Shown: positions 12,861-25,800 of the stretch, piece by piece | Layout: each line of letters starts with the position of its first letter | Numbering within the stretch: position 1 is the first letter of the stretch | DNA from: Tubulanus polymorphus | Taxonomy: Eukaryota; Animalia; Nemertea | Assembly: GCF_964204645.1 (NCBI RefSeq) | Contig: NC_134031.1 | Span: 11,224,088 to 11,288,087 of the forward strand | Length of the DNA: 64,000 bases | Direction of reading: 5' to 3' | Made by a program: the position numbers and the translations under genes | Notes under the pieces: generated by a model | Databases searched by the model: none | Seen by the model: the letters and a program-made list of their open reading frames with translations, nothing else | Told to the model about the DNA's origin: nothing

Positions 12861-14039
12861 TCATTGTTTTCTCGCGTTATTTTAGTTTTGTCGTTTTGTC
12901 GTAATGTCGCCCTCATTTGCATATTCGTGTTTTTTAATCTTATCAGCCACCATACTAATGCTTTAAGGTCGCGTAAAACTCGATAAACACTTCAAGCGAC
13001 ACAGCGAACGATCTCCTTTCCCCCACAGCGAACGCTTACTCCGAATGTCAAGTGTGAGTCCAGCATACGGATAGGAGTGTGTTATATACTTGTATTTAGT
13101 AAATACCTTGTGGATTTGACAATGATCGGTATGTACTGTAGGAAATATAGAGTATTGATGGTATTGATATAGAGGCCCGCGGCCGAATAAAGTAATATAT
13201 TCTTTTATTTTGATACCTCGTCGACATAACAGCTTTTCTCCGCTATATCTCTTCGGCGTGTTTAGTTTAGGCCCACGACTCCCCGGTACACTTATGATTT
13301 ATCTTAGTAAAAACACGATAAATTTGGTAAAGAAAAATAGGTATTGCTAAATTAACTGCTTGACGTCCGCAGCCAAATCACTGGTAGTAATAAATTAATT
13401 TGTACTCGATTTGATTCTCAGAATGAGGAGAAACTCGCAGCTGATTCCCGGAACGACGATGTAGTGACACACGTCGATTTGTCGATGTTTACGGCTCGAC
13501 AGTGCTTTTAAAATCTAAAGTAGTAAATTTCCTGTGTATTGGTATTATAATTTGATGAGGAAAATGGGTTATTGTTAAAATTAGTTTTTAAAAACCGCGA
13601 CAGAATGTGCAATCTTTGGGTAATAAATTTGTTCATTTATGCTTGAATTGATAATCGACGTGACAAGAAACGTGCGGTAGATTTCGTAAAGACGACTTAG
13701 AAAAACATGTCGGCTCTTTGAATGGGGCTCAATTTTCGATGTTTACGGCCCGACAGTGCTTTTGTAACGTTGATTCTTCAAAATTTGCACGGAGTATTTG
13801 TAGATCGAAGTGAGCTGAATAATATCAAACGGATTGTATCGGCAACAGCGGTAATGTAAACAAGCCTTTGTACTTTTGACAAAAAATGTGTGGAAAAAAA
13901 TAATAATAATAATAATAATAATAATAAGAAACACGCGAATCTCAATAGCGTTTTCTGTGATGTAACAGAAAACCCTAAATATAGCTGCAAAGCAGCGATA
14001 ACGGGTTTTCTGCACAGTCTTTGAATCCTGTTCAATGGT

Positions 14040-14400
14040 TAATAAAGTTTTATAAGAGGAAGCTCGACAAACAGTCAATTAGACCTTCTTGAAACCATGG
14101 ACAACTGAACCAGATGTCCTATTTGACTCTGGAAAATCGACTGTTAGGCGATAATTACTCTTTATGATTTCGACAAAGCATTTAATAAGGTACAACATCA
14201 GCCATTACTAAACAAGGCTATTAGGAAACAGTATCAATGATAGGTTGCCGAAATGGCTCAGCATTATCTCTGAACGAAAACTTGTAGCCGAAATCAACAG
14301 AACGCTTCATCTTGGATTAAGTCGGTCTAACTAGTCGAGTCAAGCAAGGTAGTATCCTAAGTCGTCTTCTGTTTAATGTCCTGACAAATGACATACACAG
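14040..14400 (+). pseudogene. Longer CR1/L2-type RT fragment (repeated at ~21493, 28947, 36401)
   Basis: FIRGSSTNSQLDLLETMDN*...DFDKAFNKVQHQPLL...QGSILSRLLFNVLTNDI resembles GFRxGRSCxTNLL...DFxKAFD...QGSVLGPLLF. Stops and frameshifts present. Confidence 0.75.
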
Positions 14401-14957
14401 TAATCCAAAATATACCAGACCGAGTAAATTTCCAAAACGACCTTAACACGCTGTTCGACCAAAAAACTTAATGATCCGACAAGAAAATCTTGTACGCTTT
14501 TTGTTTGAACCAAAACTTTTCTTCATTCTTAAAGCTATGTTATTGTTGAAATGAAAAACTTTTTGTCCCGGCAAAAAAATTTGGTTGAGCATAAACAATT
14601 TTTTCGAACGAATGTTTGAATGAAAACAATTCTGTTCAAAATACTTAATACTTTTGGTTCGGAGAAAAAACTTTTTACAATATACTTGTTCGAACGAAAA
14701 ACTTTATGTTCTGAAAAGAAAATTCTGATCAAATTCAAACGATTCTGTTCAATCGAACAATTGTTCGAACAAAAAACCTTTCGTTTGGACAAAAAAAGTT
14801 TGTTCAACTTTGTTCTTACGTTTTTTTCGAATTGGTTCAATCGAACAGAATATCATTGGTTGGTACGAAACAAATTTTGTTCCGACAAAAGAATTTTCAA
14901 GCGAAAGGTCTTTTGAACGAAAAAAAAAGATATTTCTGGGGCTCCGCAGTAACTTAA

Positions 14958-15285
14958 AGCCGGACGTAGGTCAGCCTTGTGACGCGTTGCGATCCTCGCG
15001 TTGCATCGCAAGTTTCGGTGCAAGTCGGTTGCGATACGATTGTCAGCGACTGTATGCGACTAGTTTCTGCCAGTCGCAAGAGCGGGTCGGGTGGTTGTGA
15101 CAGTCGTGTCGCGTCGCAGAAAGTAGAACACGTGCGACTCCTTGTGACTGGCGTTGCTGAAAGTCGCAACCCGTCGCAAGGGAGCGTAGGTCGATGAGTT
15201 GTGGCGACACAATCGGCGCTGGCGGTCGCAGTGATAGGCGTCGCAGTGAATCACAAGCTGTCGCAAGGCCGACCTACGCCCTGCA
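14958..15285. mobile_element. GTCGCA-rich MITE (copies at 22411-22738, 29865-30192, 37319-37646)
   Basis: Imperfect ~22-bp TIRs with TAA/TTAA-like flanks. Homologous to 1-566. Confidence 0.6.
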
Positions 15286-17339
15286 ATAAATCATAAGAAA
15301 TTAATGATGTACCAGTTTCATTTATAATGAAAAAACTCAAATGAAAAGTCTGGCTTATAAAGCTGTCTGCTCAGACGAAATTTTCAAAAAAATCATCATT
15401 TTTGGCAATAAAATTGATAATTGTGATTGATCGTTGCAAGTCACAACCAGTTAATCACTAATTAACATGCATTTTAATAAATCTTGATTCCTCCTTTACA
15501 GTGAACTTAGCTTTAAACTAGTAGAGGCTACAAGCCTATGTAGGCCTATGTATATGCGTAGGTCTAAAATCTGGACAGATTGGTCGTAGGCCTATTGAAT
15601 AACAACCCACCTAAATATCGTAAATTTTGTTTTGAAGTTCAATCCAATAAGTCCGTTAATAAACGCAACAATTATACTGTGTTTGTTTAGTAAAGCTCAG
15701 TACCGGTAGGCCTAAAGCCGCGTAAAACTCGATAAACACTTCAAGCGACACAGCGAACGATCTCCTTTCCCCCACAGCGAATGCTTACTCCGAATGTCAA
15801 GTGTGAGTCCAGCATACGGAAAGGAGTGTGTTATGTACTTGTATTTAGTAAATACCTTGTGCATTTGACAATGATCGGTATGTACTGTAGGAAATATAGA
15901 GTATTGATGGTATTGATATAGAGGTTGAAGCCTGCGGCCGAATAAAGTAATACATTTTTTTATTTTGATACCTCGTCGACATAACAGCTTTTCTCCGCTA
16001 TATCTCTTTGGCGTGTTTAGTTTAGGCCTACGATTCCCCGGTACACTAAAGATTTATCTTAGTAAATACACGGTTAATTCGGTAAAGAAAAATAGGTATT
16101 GTTAAACTAACTCCTTGAAACCCGCAGCTAAATCACTGGTAGTAATAAATTAATTTGTACTCGATTTGATTCTCATGATGAGGAGAAACTCGCAGCTGAT
16201 CCCCGGAACGTCGATGTAGTAACACACGTCGATTCGTCGATGTTTACGGCTCGACAGTGCTTTTAAAATCTAAAGTAGTAAATTTCCAGTGTATCGGTAA
16301 TATGATTTGATGAGGAAAATGGGCTATTGTTAAAATCACTGTTTGAAGACCGCGACTGAATGTGAAGTCTGCGGCAATAAATTAGTTCATTTATACTTGA
16401 ATTGATAATCGAAGTGACAGTCGGCCTGCGGGTTGATTTCGGGATGACGACTCGAAAAACATGTCGCCCCATTGAATGGGGCTAAATTTTCGATGTTTAC
16501 GGCCCGACAGCGCTTTTGTAACGATGATTCGTGAAAAAACACGCGGGCTATTTGTAGATCTCAGTGAGCTGAACGATATTATATGGATTGTATATGAAAC
16601 AGCGATAAGGTAACAAAGCCTATGTTCTTTTGGTAAAATAGTGTGGAAGAAAATAATAATAAATATAGCTGCAAAGCAGGGATAACGGGTTTTCTGTACA
16701 GTCTTAGAATCCTGTTCAACGGTGGATTTCAACAAAGCATTTGATAAGGCTCAACATCAGCCATTACTGAACAGGCTATTAGGAAACAGTATCAATGATA
16801 GGTCGCCCAAATGGCACAGCAGTTATCTCTGAACGGAAACTTGTAACCGAAATCAACGGAACGCCTCATCTTGGAGTGAGACGGTCTAACTAGTGGAGTC
16901 ACGCAAGGTAGTATCCTAAGTCGTCTTCTGTTTAATGTCCTGACAAATGACATACACAGTAATCCAAAATATACCAAACCGAGTAAATTTCCAAAACAAC
17001 CTTAACACACTGTTCGACCAAAAACTTAATGTTCCGACAAAACCACGGGCGACAAAACCAAAATTATGAATTGTCGCGGGTGACAAAACCAAAATATTGA
17101 ATTGTCACGGGCGACAAAACCAAAATAATGAATTGTCGCGGGCGATAAAACCAAAATAATGAATTGTCGCGGGCGATAAAACCACAATAATGAATTGTCG
17201 CGGGCGTTAAAACCAAAATATTGAATTGTTGCGGTCGATGAAACCAAAATAATGAATTGTCGCGGACGACAAAAACAAACTATTGAATTGTAGCGTGCGA
17301 CAAAACCAGAATAATGAATTGTCGCGGGCGACAAAACCA

Positions 17340-19876
17340 AACTAGGGGTCCAGGGACACCATGCTCACTTGGGCAGTGGTTTCAAATGCTCAACAATCTA
17401 ACAATTTCAATACATAACGCCCTCTAGTGACCATATACAAAAACCAATGACCTTGAAACCCACCACAATCATAGAACATGTGAGCAGCTATGATTTTGTA
17501 ATTGATTGTGATAACAAAATATGCCTCGTTACCAATTTAATATGGAAATACTAAGTTATTCTACTATTCAAAGCCCCCTGGTGACCATATGCAAAACCCA
17601 ATGACCTTAAAACTCACCACAATCGTAGTACATGTCATGAAATACAACTTTGCAATTGATCATAGTAACAAAATATGCCTAGGTACCAATCTAATAAGGA
17701 TATACTAAGCAATTCTACTATTCAGCGCCCTCTGGTGACTATATGGAATAACTAATGTCCTTAAAAACTCACCACAATCATAGACGATGTCATGAACTAC
17801 AACTTTGCAATGGATCATGGTAACAAACTATGCCTAGGTACCAATCTAATAAGGAAAAACTAAGCTTTTCTACTATTCAACGCCCCCTGGTGACTATATG
17901 GAATAACTAATGTCCTTAAAAACTCACCACAATCATAGACGATGTCATGAACTACAACTTTGCCATTGATCATGGTAACAAAATATGGCTTGGTACAAAT
18001 ATAATATAGCGATACTAAGTTATTGTATTATTCAACGCCCCCTGATGGCCACATACAAAAACCAATGACCTTGAAACTCACCAAAATCATAGAACACGTT
18101 ATGGGCTACAACTTTAAATATAGTAACACAATATGCTTAGGTATCAATTAATTGTGGAAAAACTTTTTCCCACCTATGAATGAGTACTGATGACACCAAG
18201 ATGGCCGCCAATTGCGTCATAATTGGCTGATCAAAAATACCTGTCCCAGGTATAAAACATCCCTCTCTAAAGAATATCCATCAGCAATTGCAATGACAAA
18301 TGGCAAACCAGTAGGAAGCTACAGGACCTAGAATTCTGGCCAAAATTGACAATTTTGGGCACTAAAAAGGTCATAGGACGGCCATCTTGAGTCAGATCGA
18401 CCCAATTTTCTTATGCTGATGGGCCTTTGGTAGATTCAAATATAAACGAAAGATCAAGGTAATTGATCAAAGCATCTTCAAAATTTCCCACGAAAACTTC
18501 GAAAATGTTTAAAAAGTGCTGATTTTGGCAAACAACAATGGCTGCCAGTCGGCCATCTTGAATCTGACAGGGCCAGTTTTTGGGCTGACGATGTGTCTAG
18601 GGTAGATACATGTATAAACCAAATATCAAGACATTACCTTGAAGCGTCTTCAAAACTTTAATATGGAAATACTAAGTTTTTCTACTATTCAACGCCCCCT
18701 GGTGACCATATGCAAAACCCAATGACCTTAAAACTCACCACAATCGTAGTACATGTCATGAAATACAACTTTGCAATTGATCATAGTAACAAAATATGCC
18801 TAGGTACCAATCTAATAAGGAAATACTAAGCAATTCTACTATTCAGCGCCCCCTGGTGACTATATGGAATAACTAATGTCCTCAAAAACTCACCACAATC
18901 ATAGACGATGTCATGAACTACAACTTTGCAATGGATCATGGTAACAAACTATGCCTAGGTACCAATCTAATAAGGAAAAACTAAGCTTTTCTACTATTCA
19001 ACGCCCCCGGTGACTATATGGAATAACTAATGTCCTTAAAAACTCACCACAATCATAGACGATGTCATGAACTACAACTTTGCCATTGATCATGGTAACA
19101 AAATATGCCTTGGTACAAATATAATATAGCGATACTAAGTTATTGTATTATTCAACGCGCCCTGATGGCCACATACAAAAACCAATGACCTTGAAACTCA
19201 CCAAAATCATAGAACACGTTATGGGCTACAACTTTCCAATTGAATATAGTAACACAATATGCTTAGGTATCAATTAATTGTGGAAAAACTTTTTCCCACC
19301 TACGAATGAGTACTGATGACACCAAGATGGCCGCCAATTGCGTCATAATTGGCTGATCAAAAATACCTGTCCCAGGTATAAAACATCCCTCTCTAAAGAA
19401 TATCCATCAGCAATTGCAATGAGAAATGGCAAACCAGTAGGAAGCTACAGGACCTATAATTCTGGCCAAAATTGACATTTTTGGGCACTAAAAAGGTCAT
19501 AGGACGGCCATCTTGAGTCAGATCGACCCAATTTTATTATGCTGATGGGCCTATGGTAGATTCAAATGTAAACGAAAGATCAAGGTAATTGATCAAAGCG
19601 TCTTCAAAATTTCCCACGAAAACTTCGAAAGTGTTTAAAAAGTGCTGATTTTGGCAAACAACAATGGCTGCCAGTCGGCCATCTTGAATCTGACAGGGCC
19701 AGTTTTTGGGCTGACGATGTGTCTAGGGTAGATACATGTATAAACCAAATATCAAGACATTACCTTGAAGCGTCTTCAAAACTTCCCAAAATAACTGGAT
19801 TCCGTCTATGGACGGACGGACGGACGAAAAGTGAACACAATAGCCCGCTGGGACTAAAGTCCTAAGTGGACTGAAA
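17340..19876 (-). mobile_element. HINE/DINE-1-like element with a ~1.12-kb internal tandem duplication (copies at 24794-27330, 32248-34784, truncated 39702-41975)
   Basis: Both termini present. Duplication junction CTTCAAAACTT|TAATATGG at ~18657. Nine ~155-bp subrepeats per copy. Confidence 0.65.
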
Positions 19877-22800
19877 AAGAATTGTCACGTGCGACAAAAC
19901 CAAACTAATGAATTGTCGCGGATGATAAAACCAAAATAATGAATTGTCGCGGGCGACAAAACCAAACTAATGAATTGTCGCGGGCGATAAAACCAAACTA
20001 ATGAATTGTCGCGGGCGATAAAACAAAAATATTGAATTGTCGCAGGCGATAAAACCAAAATAATGAATTGTCTCGGGCGATAAAACCAAAATAATGAATT
20101 GTCGCGGGCGACAAAACCAAAATAATTAATTGTCGCGGGCGACAAAACCAAAATATTGAATTGTCGCGGGCGACAAAACCAAAATATTGAATTGTCGCAG
20201 GCGACAAAACCAAAATAATGAATTGTCGCGAGCGATAAAACCAAAATAATGAATTGTCTTGTCGTGGGCGATAAAACCAAAATAATGAATTGTCGCGGGC
20301 GACAAAATCAAAATCATTGTTTTCTCGCGTTATTTTAGTTTTGTCGTTTTGTCGTAATGTCGCCCTCATTTGCATATTCGTGTTTTTTAATCTTATCAGC
20401 CACCATACTAATGCTTTAAGGTCGCGTAAAACTCGATAAACACTTCAAGCGACACAGCGAACGATCTCCTTTCCCCCACAGCGAACGCTTACTCCGAATG
20501 TCAAGTGTGAGTCCAGCATACGGATAGGAGTGTGTTATATACTTGTATTTAGTAAATACCTTGTGGATTTGACAATGATCGGTATGTACTGTAGGAAATA
20601 TAGAGTATTGATGGTATTGATATAGAGGCCCGCGGCCGAATAAAGTAATATATTCTTTTATTTTGATACCTCGTCGACATAACAGCTTTTCTCCGCTATA
20701 TCTCTTCGGCGTGTTTAGTTTAGGCCCACGACTCCCCGGTACACTTATGATTTATCTTAGTAAAAACACGATAAATTTGGTAAAGAAAAATAGGTATTGC
20801 TAAATTAACTGCTTGACGTCCGCAGCCAAATCACTGGTAGTAATAAATTAATTTGTACTCGATTTGATTCTCAGAATGAGGAGAAACTCGCAGCTGATTC
20901 CCGGAACGACGATGTAGTGACACACGTCGATTTGTCGATGTTTACGGCTCGACAGTGCTTTTAAAATCTAAAGTAGTAAATTTCCTGTGTATTGGTATTA
21001 TAATTTGATGAGGAAAATGGGTTATTGTTAAAATTAGTTTTTAAAAACCGCGACAGAATGTGCAATCTTTGGGTAATAAATTTGTTCATTTATGCTTGAA
21101 TTGATAATCGACGTGACAAGAAACGTGCGGTAGATTTCGTAAAGACGACTTAGAAAAACATGTCGGCTCTTTGAATGGGGCTCAATTTTCGATGTTTACG
21201 GCCCGACAGTGCTTTTGTAACGTTGATTCTTCAAAATTTGCACGGAGTATTTGTAGATCGAAGTGAGCTGAATAATATCAAACGGATTGTATCGGCAACA
21301 GCGGTAATGTAAACAAGCCTTTGTACTTTTGACAAAAAATGTGTGGAAAAAAATAATAATAATAATAATAATAATAATAAGAAACACGCGAATCTCAATA
21401 GGGTTTTCTGTGATGTAACAGAAAACCCTAAATATAGCTGCAAAGCAGCGATAACGGGTTTTCTGCACAGTCTTTGAATCCTGTTCAATGGTTAATAAAG
21501 TTTTATAAGAGGAAGCTCGACAAACAGTCAATTAGACCTTCTTGAAACCATGGACAACTGAACCAGATGTCCTATTTGACTCTGGAAAATCGACTGTTAG
21601 GCGATAATTACTCTTTATGATTTCGACAAAGCATTTAATAAGGTACAACATCAGCCATTACTAAACAAGGCTATTAGGAAACAGTATCAATGATAGGTTG
21701 CCGAAATGGCTCAGCATTATCTCTGAACGAAAACTTGTAGCCGAAATCAACAGAACGCTTCATCTTGGATTAAGTCGGTCTAACTAGTCGAGTCAAGCAA
21801 GGTAGTATCCTAAGTCGTCTTCTGTTTAATGTCCTGACAAATGACATACACAGTAATCCAAAATATACCAGACCGAGTAAATTTCCAAAACGACCTTAAC
21901 ACGCTGTTCGACCAAAAAACTTAATGATCCGACAAGAAAATCTTGTACGCTTTTTGTTTGAACCAAAACTTTTCTTCATTCTTAAAGCTATGTTATTGTT
22001 GAAATGAAAAACTTTTTGTCCCGGCAAAAAAATTTGGTTGAGCATAAACAATTTTTTCGAACGAATGTTTGAATGAAAACAATTCTGTTCAAAATACTTA
22101 ATACTTTTGGTTCGGAGAAAAAACTTTTTACAATATACTTGTTCGAACGAAAAACTTTATGTTCTGAAAAGAAAATTCTGATCAAATTCAAACGATTCTG
22201 TTCAATCGAACAATTGTTCGAACAAAAAACCTTTCGTTTGGACAAAAAAAGTTTGTTCAACTTTGTTCTTACGTTTTTTTCGAATTGGTTCAATCGAACA
22301 GAATATCATTGGTTGGTACGAAACAAATTTTGTTCCGACAAAAGAATTTTCAAGCGAAAGGTCTTTTGAACGAAAAAAAAAGATATTTCTGGGGCTCCGC
22401 AGTAACTTAAAGCCGGACGTAGGTCAGCCTTGTGACGCGTTGCGATCCTCGCGTTGCATCGCAAGTTTCGGTGCAAGTCGGTTGCGATACGATTGTCAGC
22501 GACTGTATGCGACTAGTTTCTGCCAGTCGCAAGAGCGGGTCGGGTGGTTGTGACAGTCGTGTCGCGTCGCAGAAAGTAGAACACGTGCGACTCCTTGTGA
22601 CTGGCGTTGCTGAAAGTCGCAACCCGTCGCAAGGGAGCGTAGGTCGATGAGTTGTGGCGACACAATCGGCGCTGGCGGTCGCAGTGATAGGCGTCGCAGT
22701 GAATCACAAGCTGTCGCAAGGCCGACCTACGCCCTGCAATAAATCATAAGAAATTAATGATGTACCAGTTTCATTTATAATGAAAAAACTCAAATGAAAA

Positions 22801-25800
22801 GTCTGGCTTATAAAGCTGTCTGCTCAGACGAAATTTTCAAAAAAATCATCATTTTTGGCAATAAAATTGATAATTGTGATTGATCGTTGCAAGTCACAAC
22901 CAGTTAATCACTAATTAACATGCATTTTAATAAATCTTGATTCCTCCTTTACAGTGAACTTAGCTTTAAACTAGTAGAGGCTACAAGCCTATGTAGGCCT
23001 ATGTATATGCGTAGGTCTAAAATCTGGACAGATTGGTCGTAGGCCTATTGAATAACAACCCACCTAAATATCGTAAATTTTGTTTTGAAGTTCAATCCAA
23101 TAAGTCCGTTAATAAACGCAACAATTATACTGTGTTTGTTTAGTAAAGCTCAGTACCGGTAGGCCTAAAGCCGCGTAAAACTCGATAAACACTTCAAGCG
23201 ACACAGCGAACGATCTCCTTTCCCCCACAGCGAATGCTTACTCCGAATGTCAAGTGTGAGTCCAGCATACGGAAAGGAGTGTGTTATGTACTTGTATTTA
23301 GTAAATACCTTGTGCATTTGACAATGATCGGTATGTACTGTAGGAAATATAGAGTATTGATGGTATTGATATAGAGGTTGAAGCCTGCGGCCGAATAAAG
23401 TAATACATTTTTTTATTTTGATACCTCGTCGACATAACAGCTTTTCTCCGCTATATCTCTTTGGCGTGTTTAGTTTAGGCCTACGATTCCCCGGTACACT
23501 AAAGATTTATCTTAGTAAATACACGGTTAATTCGGTAAAGAAAAATAGGTATTGTTAAACTAACTCCTTGAAACCCGCAGCTAAATCACTGGTAGTAATA
23601 AATTAATTTGTACTCGATTTGATTCTCATGATGAGGAGAAACTCGCAGCTGATCCCCGGAACGTCGATGTAGTAACACACGTCGATTCGTCGATGTTTAC
23701 GGCTCGACAGTGCTTTTAAAATCTAAAGTAGTAAATTTCCAGTGTATCGGTAATATGATTTGATGAGGAAAATGGGCTATTGTTAAAATCACTGTTTGAA
23801 GACCGCGACTGAATGTGAAGTCTGCGGCAATAAATTAGTTCATTTATACTTGAATTGATAATCGAAGTGACAGTCGGCCTGCGGGTTGATTTCGGGATGA
23901 CGACTCGAAAAACATGTCGCCCCATTGAATGGGGCTAAATTTTCGATGTTTACGGCCCGACAGCGCTTTTGTAACGATGATTCGTGAAAAAACACGCGGG
24001 CTATTTGTAGATCTCAGTGAGCTGAACGATATTATATGGATTGTATATGAAACAGCGATAAGGTAACAAAGCCTATGTTCTTTTGGTAAAATAGTGTGGA
24101 AGAAAATAATAATAAATATAGCTGCAAAGCAGGGATAACGGGTTTTCTGTACAGTCTTAGAATCCTGTTCAACGGTGGATTTCAACAAAGCATTTGATAA
24201 GGCTCAACATCAGCCATTACTGAACAGGCTATTAGGAAACAGTATCAATGATAGGTCGCCCAAATGGCACAGCAGTTATCTCTGAACGGAAACTTGTAAC
24301 CGAAATCAACGGAACGCCTCATCTTGGAGTGAGACGGTCTAACTAGTGGAGTCACGCAAGGTAGTATCCTAAGTCGTCTTCTGTTTAATGTCCTGACAAA
24401 TGACATACACAGTAATCCAAAATATACCAAACCGAGTAAATTTCCAAAACAACCTTAACACACTGTTCGACCAAAAACTTAATGTTCCGACAAAACCACG
24501 GGCGACAAAACCAAAATTATGAATTGTCGCGGGTGACAAAACCAAAATATTGAATTGTCACGGGCGACAAAACCAAAATAATGAATTGTCGCGGGCGATA
24601 AAACCAAAATAATGAATTGTCGCGGGCGATAAAACCACAATAATGAATTGTCGCGGGCGTTAAAACCAAAATATTGAATTGTTGCGGTCGATGAAACCAA
24701 AATAATGAATTGTCGCGGACGACAAAAACAAACTATTGAATTGTAGCGTGCGACAAAACCAGAATAATGAATTGTCGCGGGCGACAAAACCAAACTAGGG
24801 GTCCAGGGACACCATGCTCACTTGGGCAGTGGTTTCAAATGCTCAACAATCTAACAATTTCAATACATAACGCCCTCTAGTGACCATATACAAAAACCAA
24901 TGACCTTGAAACCCACCACAATCATAGAACATGTGAGCAGCTATGATTTTGTAATTGATTGTGATAACAAAATATGCCTCGTTACCAATTTAATATGGAA
25001 ATACTAAGTTATTCTACTATTCAAAGCCCCCTGGTGACCATATGCAAAACCCAATGACCTTAAAACTCACCACAATCGTAGTACATGTCATGAAATACAA
25101 CTTTGCAATTGATCATAGTAACAAAATATGCCTAGGTACCAATCTAATAAGGATATACTAAGCAATTCTACTATTCAGCGCCCTCTGGTGACTATATGGA
25201 ATAACTAATGTCCTTAAAAACTCACCACAATCATAGACGATGTCATGAACTACAACTTTGCAATGGATCATGGTAACAAACTATGCCTAGGTACCAATCT
25301 AATAAGGAAAAACTAAGCTTTTCTACTATTCAACGCCCCCTGGTGACTATATGGAATAACTAATGTCCTTAAAAACTCACCACAATCATAGACGATGTCA
25401 TGAACTACAACTTTGCCATTGATCATGGTAACAAAATATGGCTTGGTACAAATATAATATAGCGATACTAAGTTATTGTATTATTCAACGCCCCCTGATG
25501 GCCACATACAAAAACCAATGACCTTGAAACTCACCAAAATCATAGAACACGTTATGGGCTACAACTTTAAATATAGTAACACAATATGCTTAGGTATCAA
25601 TTAATTGTGGAAAAACTTTTTCCCACCTATGAATGAGTACTGATGACACCAAGATGGCCGCCAATTGCGTCATAATTGGCTGATCAAAAATACCTGTCCC
25701 AGGTATAAAACATCCCTCTCTAAAGAATATCCATCAGCAATTGCAATGACAAATGGCAAACCAGTAGGAAGCTACAGGACCTAGAATTCTGGCCAAAATT

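Noticed and set aside
7472-12922. Many overlapping minus-strand ORFs (VLSPATIHYFGFIARDNSLFWF...)
   Set aside because: They are translations of a 31-bp minisatellite in rotating frames, with no evidence of coding function.
12905-13150. Possible tandem snRNA/5S gene (octamer ATTTGCAT upstream of a conserved repeated segment)
   Set aside because: No recognisable U1, U2, U4, U5, U6, 5S or tRNA sequence in the monomer.
14470-15100. ORFs of 96-101 aa repeated in every macrosatellite unit
   Set aside because: They lie in a degenerate TTCGAA-rich low-complexity repeat and a MITE. Their recurrence reflects DNA duplication, not protein conservation.
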